A stretch of DNA of 45,834 bases from assembly GCA_050122795.1 (NCBI GenBank), contig JASFIG010000001.1, forward strand, positions 1 to 45,834. The letters run 5' to 3'. Every line of letters begins with the position of its first letter. Within the stretch, counting starts at the first letter, position 1. Position numbers and translations under genes: made by a program. Positions 1 to 6,485 of this stretch are shown piece after piece. A model generated the notes under the pieces. It did not search any database, had not been told where the DNA came from, and was given only the letters and a program-made list of their open reading frames with translations. Origin of the DNA: Desulfobacterales bacterium (GTDB lineage Bacteria > Desulfobacterota > Desulfobacteria > Desulfobacterales > JAHEIW01).

Positions 1-1
1 T

Positions 2-1078
2 CCCAGGCCCTTTCCGCTGCAACAGGTGTGGGCTTCCACCCTGGGGATCGGGTTTGCCCTTTTTATTTTCACCACCATGCAGGCTATGGGGGGCTGGGTA
101 TTATCTCTGTCACCCGGCGCTAATGGGGGGACCATATTGCCGCTTCAAAGCCTTATCGACAGCGGGGGTAATGCTCTGGTGCCCTTGCTGATTCATCTAA
201 TGAAAGACACGGCGCCCTTTGCCGTGGGCATTCTGGCGATCTGTGCGCTGGCGGCCATGCAGTCCACCGGTGCGGCCTATATGTCGACCGCCTCTGGTAT
301 GCTGACGCGCGACATCGTCAAGCGGCATATTGTCAAGGATATGACTGAAACCGGACAAACCCACTGGGGCCGTATCACAGTGCTGATCGTTGTCGGGTCG
401 GCCCTGATCTTCGCCACCCTGGTGCCCGGCGCCATCGTTATGCTGGGCGCCTTTGCGACCTCTTACGGGTTTATGATGTACCCGTCCCTGATTGCGGTCT
501 GTTACTGGAAATTCCTGACCCGTCAGGGAGTGGTCACCGGTCTGATCTGCGGTATGATCGCGGTGTTCTTAACCTTCAGGTTCGATCTGGGACTTCCCTG
601 GGGCTACAATCCGCTGACGATTTTTGCCGCCGGCTGGGGCATCCTGTTCAACCTGCCGGTTGCCATCCTTATCAGCCTGTTCACACAGCCCACGGGTGAG
701 CTGGATGCCAAACAGAAGGAATGGCACGCATTTATTAAAGAACACGCATCTTTACCGCCGGAAAAGCGTGGGCTGATCAAATGGGGCTGGATTGCAGCTT
801 TGGTCTGGTTCTTTTTTGCCATCGGCCCGGGCGCTGTGATCGGTAACACCATCTTTGGTGATCCCGCAGCGCCTGCTTCATGGGCAAATGGAATGCCGTC
901 GATCTGGATCTGGCAGATTATTTTCTGGGTGCTGGGTATCGGCATGATGTGGTTCCTGGCCTACAAGCTGGAGATGTCGACCAACATCACCACCGACTTT
1001 GAGGTCTTGAAACACGATATTTACGAAGAGGAGCCGGCCGTTGCCGAGTCGACCTCGCGGGGACAGTCAGGCGTTTAA
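2..1078 (+). CDS. Sodium:solute symporter (SSS/SLC5) family transporter, C-terminal ~358 aa; the 5' end lies outside the window
   Basis: The frame is open from the window edge, with no stop before the GTG at 26. It has many hydrophobic helices and an SSS-like segment (AICALAAMQSTGAAYMSTASGMLTRDIV). It ends at TAA 1076-1078 and is followed by a strong hairpin terminator. Confidence 0.75.
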   Translation, partial: PRPFPLQQVWASTLGIGFALFIFTTMQAMGGWVLSLSPGANGGTILPLQSLIDSGGNALVPLLIHLMKDTAPFAVGILAICALAAMQSTGAAYMSTASGMLTRDIVKRHIVKDMTETGQTHWGRITVLIVVGSALIFATLVPGAIVMLGAFATSYGFMMYPSLIAVCYWKFLTRQGVVTGLICGMIAVFLTFRFDLGLPWGYNPLTIFAAGWGILFNLPVAILISLFTQPTGELDAKQKEWHAFIKEHASLPPEKRGLIKWGWIAALVWFFFAIGPGAVIGNTIFGDPAAPASWANGMPSIWIWQIIFWVLGIGMMWFLAYKLEMSTNITTDFEVLKHDIYEEEPAVAESTSRGQSGV

Positions 1079-1116
1079 CATTTACCGTTTTAGCCCTGAT
1101 GTTTCCGATAATAAAA

Positions 1117-1154
1117 GGATGAGGAGGCGCTTGCGCCTCCTCATCCAACCTTTT
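1117..1154 (+). terminator. Rho-independent terminator after the SSS transporter gene
   Basis: Perfect 14-nt inverted repeat GGATGAGGAGGCGC-TT-GCGCCTCCTCATCC (1117-1146), followed by CCTTTTCG. Confidence 0.7.
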
Positions 1155-1182
1155 CGTTAAAGGGAAATCAGTTATTGAATAG

Positions 1183-1680
1183 ATGAAACGATTATTTTTG
1201 ATACTGACGATATCTTTTTTCACAGCTGCCGGCTGCGGTCTCGGGACGCCAGAGTTCAAAGATGCCGTTTTAGACGGTGCTTCCAATCTGAACAGGGGCA
1301 GAACGGAAAAAGCCCTGGAAGATTTCAACCGGGCCATTGGCATTGATCCTACACATCAAGATGGCTACATGGGCCGGGCTGACACCCTCAACACCATGGG
1401 GCGCTATGAAGAAGCTCTCATGGATTACAATAGAGCCATTGAAATCAAACCAACCCTGGCCCACGCTTATGTCAATCGGGCGATCGCCTACAGCCATCTG
1501 GGGCAATATGAAAAGGCAATTGCCGATTATGAGAAAGGGCTGGAGCTGGATCCGGAGATCGATGACCCGCCCGGTTTTATAACGCGACTTTTCAGCAACG
1601 AGCCGAATACCGACAAGGGTATCCGCCGCCATCTTGAATTTTTGAAACAAAAAGTGCAATCGTCTGATCGTAGCTCATGA
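1183..1680 (+). CDS. TPR-repeat lipoprotein
   Basis: N-terminal signal peptide with a lipobox-like FTAAGC. About three 34-aa TPR units (e.g. ALEDFNRAIGIDPTHQDGY, EEALMDYNRAIEIKPTLAHAY, EKAIADYEKGLELDPE). Confidence 0.8.
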   Translation: MKRLFLILTISFFTAAGCGLGTPEFKDAVLDGASNLNRGRTEKALEDFNRAIGIDPTHQDGYMGRADTLNTMGRYEEALMDYNRAIEIKPTLAHAYVNRAIAYSHLGQYEKAIADYEKGLELDPEIDDPPGFITRLFSNEPNTDKGIRRHLEFLKQKVQSSDRSS

Positions 1681-1688
1681 TCCAGAAA

Positions 1689-1793
1689 ACAGAAACCAGA
1701 TAACAGAGGACAGAGGACAGAATGCTGAAACAGATGACAGATGATAAAACCGAGAGTGGATACCGCCATCTGTCCTCTGTCCTCTATTATCTG
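1689..1793. repeat. Purine-rich ACAGA/CAGAGG tandem tract forming a 24/25-bp long-range inverted repeat
   Basis: The left arm CAGATAACAGAGGACAGAGGACAGA (1697-1721) pairs with TCTGTCCTCTGTCCTCTATTATCTG (1769-1793) with one mismatch and a 47-nt loop. ACAGA recurs about 7 times between 1689 and 1742. Confidence 0.8.
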
Positions 1794-1893
1794 TAACCAA
1801 AGAGGCCAAGCGTTTTACGTCTTACGAACCGGAAAAATTAGAAATCACAACCACATAGACACCTGAACACGATTCGTCCAAAGGAGGCAAATC

Positions 1894-3801
1894 ATGGCAA
1901 ACCCTTATGACATTGCCCATAAGCAATCCATCGAAGACCCGAACGGTTTCTGGGGGACGGCAGCCGAAGACTGCCACTGGTATAAAAAGTGGGATAAGGT
2001 TCTGGATGACAGCAACAAACCGTTTTATCGCTGGTTTAGCGGCGGGGAAACGAACACGTGCTACAATGCGGTGGATTATCATATCGAAAGCGGCCGCGGT
2101 GAGCAAGATGCGATAATTTATGACTCCCCGGTTACCGATACCATCAAGAAATACACCTATAACCAGCTGCGGGATGAGGTGGCTCGGTTTGCCGGCGCGC
2201 TGGCCGCCCAGGGTGTAGCCAAGGGGGATCGGGTCCTGATTTACATGCCGATGATTCCTGAGGCCTTGATTGCCATGCTGGCCAGCGCCCGTATCGGCGC
2301 GGTGCATTCTGTGGTCTTTGGCGGGTTTGCGGCCAAAGAGCTGGCGGTGCGCATCAATGATGCCAAGCCCAAGGTGATTGTGTCCGCTTCCTGCGGTATC
2401 GAAGTCAAACGGGTTATCGCCTACAAACCGCTGCTTGACAAGGCCATTGACATGGCCGAAGCCAAACCGGATTATTGCATTATCAAACAGCGGCCCATGG
2501 AAACCGCCGCGATGATCGACGGGCGGGATCTGGACTGGGATGAAGTCACGGCCAAAGCCCAGCCGCATGAGTGTGTGCCGGTGGCGGCCACCGACCCGCT
2601 GTACATCCTGTATACCTCCGGAACCACCGGCGTGCCCAAGGGCGTGGTACGGGACAACGGCGGGCATATGGTGGCCTTGAAATGGACCATGGGCGCCATT
2701 TACAATGTGGACGCCGGTGACGTTTATTGGGCAGCATCGGATGTGGGCTGGGTTGTGGGTCACTCCTACATTGTTTATGGGCCATTATTGAAGGGGTGCA
2801 CCACGATTGTATTCGAAGGTAAACCGGTAGGAACGCCGGATGCCGGCGTTTTCTGGCGCGTGATTTCCGAGCATAACGTCAAAGTCATGTTTACGGCACC
2901 GACGGCATTTCGCGCCATCAAGCGCGAAGATCCTCAAGCGGAGCTGATGAAAAATTATGATCTGTCTAATTTTAAGGCGCTTTTTCTGGCCGGAGAACGC
3001 ACGGATCCGGATACCCTTAAATGGGCTGAAAACAGCCTGAACGTTCCGGTCATCGACCACTGGTGGCAGACGGAAACCGGCTGGGCCATCGCCGGCAATT
3101 GTCTGGGGCTGCATCATTTTCCGGTCAAGGAAGGCTCGCCCACCAAGGCGGCGCCGGGCTGGAATCTGCAGGTGGTCGACGAAAACACCCAACCGGTTGC
3201 CTCCGGGGAAATCGGCGCCCTGGTGGCCAAACTGCCGTTGCCGCCGGGCACACTTCCCACCCTGTGGAACAATGACGAGGGCTTTTTGGCGGCCTACATG
3301 GAAGAGTTTCCCGGATATTATAAAACCGCGGATGCCGGCTATATTGATGATGAAGGCTATGTTTTTGTGATGAGCCGCACCGATGACATTATCAACGTTG
3401 CCGGTCACCGGTTATCCACCGGAGCCATGGAGGAAGTTCTGGCGGATCACCCGGACGTGGCCGAATGCGCGGTTTTAGGCGTCGAAGACAAACTCAAGGG
3501 TCAGGTGCCCGTCGGTTTTTTGGTGCTGAATGCCGGTGTCGAAAGGGATTCGGCCGACATTGTCTCGGAAGTCATCCAAATGGTTCGCGATCGCATTGGG
3601 CCGGTGGCTTCTTTTAAAACCGCCACGGTGGTCAAGCGTCTGCCGAAAACGCGCTCCGGTAAAATTTTACGCGGCACCATTCAGAAAATCGCCGACAATA
3701 CGCCTTACAATGTTCCGGCGACCATCGATGATCCTACTATTCTGGACGAAATGGAGCAAGCGCTCACCGGCATCGGTTACGCCAAAGCCAGAAAAGAATA
3801 A
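1894..3801 (+). CDS. prpE: Propionate-CoA ligase / short-chain acyl-CoA synthetase (AMP-forming)
   Basis: 635 aa with an AGGAGG RBS 6 nt upstream. Family motifs present: YTSGTTGVPKG (AMP-binding), IGAVHSVVFGGFAAKELAVRINDAKPKVIVSAS, DVGWVVGHSYIVYGPLL, GRTDDIINVAGHRL and LPKTRSGKILR. The overall pattern resembles PrpE/ACSS3 more than Acs. Confidence 0.85.
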   Translation: MANPYDIAHKQSIEDPNGFWGTAAEDCHWYKKWDKVLDDSNKPFYRWFSGGETNTCYNAVDYHIESGRGEQDAIIYDSPVTDTIKKYTYNQLRDEVARFAGALAAQGVAKGDRVLIYMPMIPEALIAMLASARIGAVHSVVFGGFAAKELAVRINDAKPKVIVSASCGIEVKRVIAYKPLLDKAIDMAEAKPDYCIIKQRPMETAAMIDGRDLDWDEVTAKAQPHECVPVAATDPLYILYTSGTTGVPKGVVRDNGGHMVALKWTMGAIYNVDAGDVYWAASDVGWVVGHSYIVYGPLLKGCTTIVFEGKPVGTPDAGVFWRVISEHNVKVMFTAPTAFRAIKREDPQAELMKNYDLSNFKALFLAGERTDPDTLKWAENSLNVPVIDHWWQTETGWAIAGNCLGLHHFPVKEGSPTKAAPGWNLQVVDENTQPVASGEIGALVAKLPLPPGTLPTLWNNDEGFLAAYMEEFPGYYKTADAGYIDDEGYVFVMSRTDDIINVAGHRLSTGAMEEVLADHPDVAECAVLGVEDKLKGQVPVGFLVLNAGVERDSADIVSEVIQMVRDRIGPVASFKTATVVKRLPKTRSGKILRGTIQKIADNTPYNVPATIDDPTILDEMEQALTGIGYAKARKE

Positions 3802-3813
3802 AGTGGTATCGCT

Positions 3814-4203
3814 ATGCCCAAAGAAATACTCATCGTTGATGATGAGCCCAGCATTGTCGTTCCCATCCAATTTTTGATGGAGCAGCAGGGCTATAATGTC
3901 ATTGTTGCCAAGAACGGCGAGGATGCGCTTGACATTATCCTAAAATACAAGCCCGATCTCATCCTGCTGGATATTATGCTTCCCGGAATTGATGGGTATG
4001 AGGTCTGTGAAATCGTGCGTTTGAATCCTGATTTTAGAAATGTAAAGATCATCTTTCTGACAGCCAAGGGCCGCGAGGTCGAAATTGCCAAGGGCATGGC
4101 ACTCGGGGCGGACGCCTATATCATCAAACCGTTTTCGAATGCAGAAGTTGTGGCCAAGGTCAAAGAACTGCTTGAAAATACGCATGAAGAAACGGGGACT
4201 TAA
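3814..4203 (+). CDS. Single-domain response regulator (CheY-like REC)
   Basis: 129 aa. REC signature present: ILIVDDE, DLILLDIMLPGIDG (phospho-acceptor Asp), IFLTAKG, YIIKPF. No output domain. Confidence 0.85.
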   Translation: MPKEILIVDDEPSIVVPIQFLMEQQGYNVIVAKNGEDALDIILKYKPDLILLDIMLPGIDGYEVCEIVRLNPDFRNVKIIFLTAKGREVEIAKGMALGADAYIIKPFSNAEVVAKVKELLENTHEETGT

Positions 4204-6343
4204 ATTTTGGCAGGCAATTGCGCTATCTTGTGCAGCTTGGCTGATCATATGCATTGGTTTCGCCGTCTGGTTTAAAACCCAACTATCTGCTGAAGCGCTC
4301 AGCTTTCTTGTGGGCATCATAAAGGTTCATTTCGGACCGCTTCTTATCCTGACCGTGCTTTTGCTGCTGTCCAGCGCTCTGTTTCTGGACCTTATGTTGC
4401 GCAAATACATCCGGCCGTTGCGTAAAATTAGCGAGCAAGTTTCATTGGTGAATCCCACCAATCCATCCCACCGCTTTGAGATTACCGGTGCCGCCGAGAT
4501 TCAACAGCTTTGCGATCGTTTAAACGAAGGGGCGGCGCATTACGAATCCCTGTTGAATGATATCCAGGGCCGCGTTAATACGGCCAGGGCCCAATCGGAG
4601 GAAGAAAAAAACATCCTGGCGGCGATCATGTCGGAGTTGCCTGAAGGGGTGATTGTGTGCAATCCCGACGGCCAGATACTGCTGTACAATAACCGTGCAA
4701 AACACATGGTTTCGGGAGAGGGCGATAGCAGCCATGAAACATCCATACGGTTTATCGGCCTGGGGCGTTCGGTTTTCGAAGTTTTTGACGAAAACCTGAT
4801 GCGGCACACCATTGATCAGATCACTGAAAAATTAAAAAAGAACGAACCGAATGTGGTTTACCATTTCGTCTCTCCGGGGGCCGAAAATACCTTGCTTCGG
4901 ATCGAGGCAGTGCCGGTCCTGGACTACCGCAAGCACTACACCGGTTTAATTCTGATTCTAACCGATATTACCCAGCAGCTCGAATCTCAAAATTTTTTAA
5001 ATCTCACATTACAGTCTTTTACCCGCGGCATTCGGGCTTCCTTTGCCGGTATCCGCTCGGCCATTGAAACCATCCTGGATTTCCCGGATATGGATGTCAA
5101 TCGCCTCGAAACACTCAAGCAGATTATTCACAAAGAGTCGCTGAACATCGGCAGCATTTTAGAGCGCGACCCAACGCTGTCATCGCAACCCATGTACAAT
5201 CAGTGGCCGCTGACACGGATTGCGGTGCGCGACCTGTTTGAGATGCTGCAGGCCCGCTGTCGCCAAAATCCAAAGCTCCGGATTTTAACAGAGAATCTGT
5301 CCGCCGAGCATACGGTCAGTGTCGACCATTCTTCCTTTCTGCTGGCTTTGCTGTACATTATCCACCAGATCCAGACCGCCACCGGCGTGACTGAAATGTC
5401 ATGTCGTTTGAGCGAGTTGAGGCGTTTTGTCGGCCTGGATTTGCTCTGGTCGGGTCAGCCGATAAAGGCCGATGTCATGAAGGACTGGGAAACCCGGCCG
5501 CTAACGTTTGAAAAAGAAGGTCTTTCGTTAACCCTCAGACAAGTGATTGATCATCACAACGGTGAAATCGGTATATACGCATCCAAACGCCTGAAGAATA
5601 TGTTTTATGTGCGCTTTTTTCTGCCGGTTCCTTACCTGATGCGGCCCGAAAAAGCCCGGTCGTTAACGATCATACCGGAAAGCCGCCCTGAGTTTTACGA
5701 TTTTGATATGTTTTTGCAGGTGGAGGAGCAACCGGAGCTGCAGAACCGCAATTTATCAAAGCTGACCTACACGGTGTTCGATCTGGAAACCACCGGTTTG
5801 AACCCCACCGAGGGCGATGAGATCATCTCTGTTGGGGCTGTTCGCATCGTCAATGGTCGTTTACTGCAAAATGAGCGCTTCGAACAACTGGTGGACCCCC
5901 GGCGCTCGGTGCCCTGGACTTCGGTGCGGATACACGGCATTCACCCGGAGATGTTGGAGGGCATGCCGACCATCGATGAAGTGCTGCCGATGTTTCATGA
6001 TTTTGCAAAAGACACCATTCTGCTGGCTCACAACGCGGCCTTTGATATGCGTTTTTTGCAGTTAAAGGAGGCGCAAACCGGAGTGCGCTTTGTAAATCCG
6101 GTGCTGGATACATTATTGCTGTCGGCCGTCGTCCATCCGTCGCATGAAGACCATAATCTGGAAGCGATTGCCAAGCGGCTGGGAGTTCAGATTCTGGCGC
6201 GTCATACCGCCATGGGCGATGCCGTGTCGACCGGTGAAATGTTTCTCAAATTTTTGCCACTGCTGTCTCAGCAAAAAATTTTTACGCTCAAGCAGGCTCT
6301 GGAAGCTTCGCAAAAGACGTTCTATGCCCGTCAGAAATTCTAA
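4184..6343 (+). CDS. Membrane sensor (2 TM, HAMP-like, PAS-like, degenerate HisKA/HATPase-like core) fused to a C-terminal DnaQ/epsilon-type DEDDh 3'-5' exonuclease
   Basis: Start chosen at ATG 4184 (MKKRGLKFWQ...), which overlaps the REC gene stop by 20 nt. Hydrophobic helices at the N-terminus. PAS-like EEKNILAAIMSELPEGVIVCNPDGQILLYNNRA. H-box-like FTRGIRASFAGIRSAIE with no His. HATPase-like tail HHNGEIGIYASKRLKNMFYVRFFLP without G-boxes. Exonuclease motifs are intact: VFDLETTGL (ExoI), LLAHNAAFDMRFL (ExoII), HTAMGDAVSTGEMF (ExoIII, H-x4-D). Confidence 0.75.
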   Translation: MKKRGLKFWQAIALSCAAWLIICIGFAVWFKTQLSAEALSFLVGIIKVHFGPLLILTVLLLLSSALFLDLMLRKYIRPLRKISEQVSLVNPTNPSHRFEITGAAEIQQLCDRLNEGAAHYESLLNDIQGRVNTARAQSEEEKNILAAIMSELPEGVIVCNPDGQILLYNNRAKHMVSGEGDSSHETSIRFIGLGRSVFEVFDENLMRHTIDQITEKLKKNEPNVVYHFVSPGAENTLLRIEAVPVLDYRKHYTGLILILTDITQQLESQNFLNLTLQSFTRGIRASFAGIRSAIETILDFPDMDVNRLETLKQIIHKESLNIGSILERDPTLSSQPMYNQWPLTRIAVRDLFEMLQARCRQNPKLRILTENLSAEHTVSVDHSSFLLALLYIIHQIQTATGVTEMSCRLSELRRFVGLDLLWSGQPIKADVMKDWETRPLTFEKEGLSLTLRQVIDHHNGEIGIYASKRLKNMFYVRFFLPVPYLMRPEKARSLTIIPESRPEFYDFDMFLQVEEQPELQNRNLSKLTYTVFDLETTGLNPTEGDEIISVGAVRIVNGRLLQNERFEQLVDPRRSVPWTSVRIHGIHPEMLEGMPTIDEVLPMFHDFAKDTILLAHNAAFDMRFLQLKEAQTGVRFVNPVLDTLLLSAVVHPSHEDHNLEAIAKRLGVQILARHTAMGDAVSTGEMFLKFLPLLSQQKIFTLKQALEASQKTFYARQKF

Positions 6344-6344
6344 A

Positions 6345-6484
6345 GGTTCAGAGGTTCAGGGTTCAAAGGGTCAGAGGTTGATTGCAGAAGATAAATATCG
6401 GATATCAGAGGACCGAAGTCGTAAACCTTTGAACCTCTGAACCCGGAACCCTGAACGGTTTGCCTGATACTATAGGGATCAGGC
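6345..6484. repeat. Degenerate GGTTCAGR 8-mer tandem repeats with an inverted complement, plus a terminal 7-bp hairpin, between convergent genes
   Basis: Left: GGTTCAGAGGTTCAGGGTTCAAAGGGTCAGAGGTT (6345-6379). Right: CCTTTGAACCTCTGAACCCGGAACCCTGAAC (6426-6456). Several alternative perfect 10-14-bp registers exist, e.g. 6345-6358 with 6430-6443. A further hairpin GCCTGAT-N9-ATCAGGC (6462-6484) lies directly downstream of the kinase stop codon. Confidence 0.75.
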
Positions 6485-6485
6485 A

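Noticed and set aside
1822-2763. 313-aa minus-strand ORF (plus 2785-3408, 207 aa) opposite prpE
   Set aside because: It lies entirely antisense to a gene with strong family motifs. Its product is low-complexity (Gly/His/Arg/Pro-rich), and it has no RBS. It is a typical shadow ORF.
4085-4183. N-terminal extension of the sensor-exonuclease ORF (MPRAWHSGRTP...)
   Set aside because: The extension lies inside the REC gene in another frame and is Arg/Ser-rich. ATG 4184 directly precedes the first hydrophobic helix and gives a 20-nt coupling overlap.
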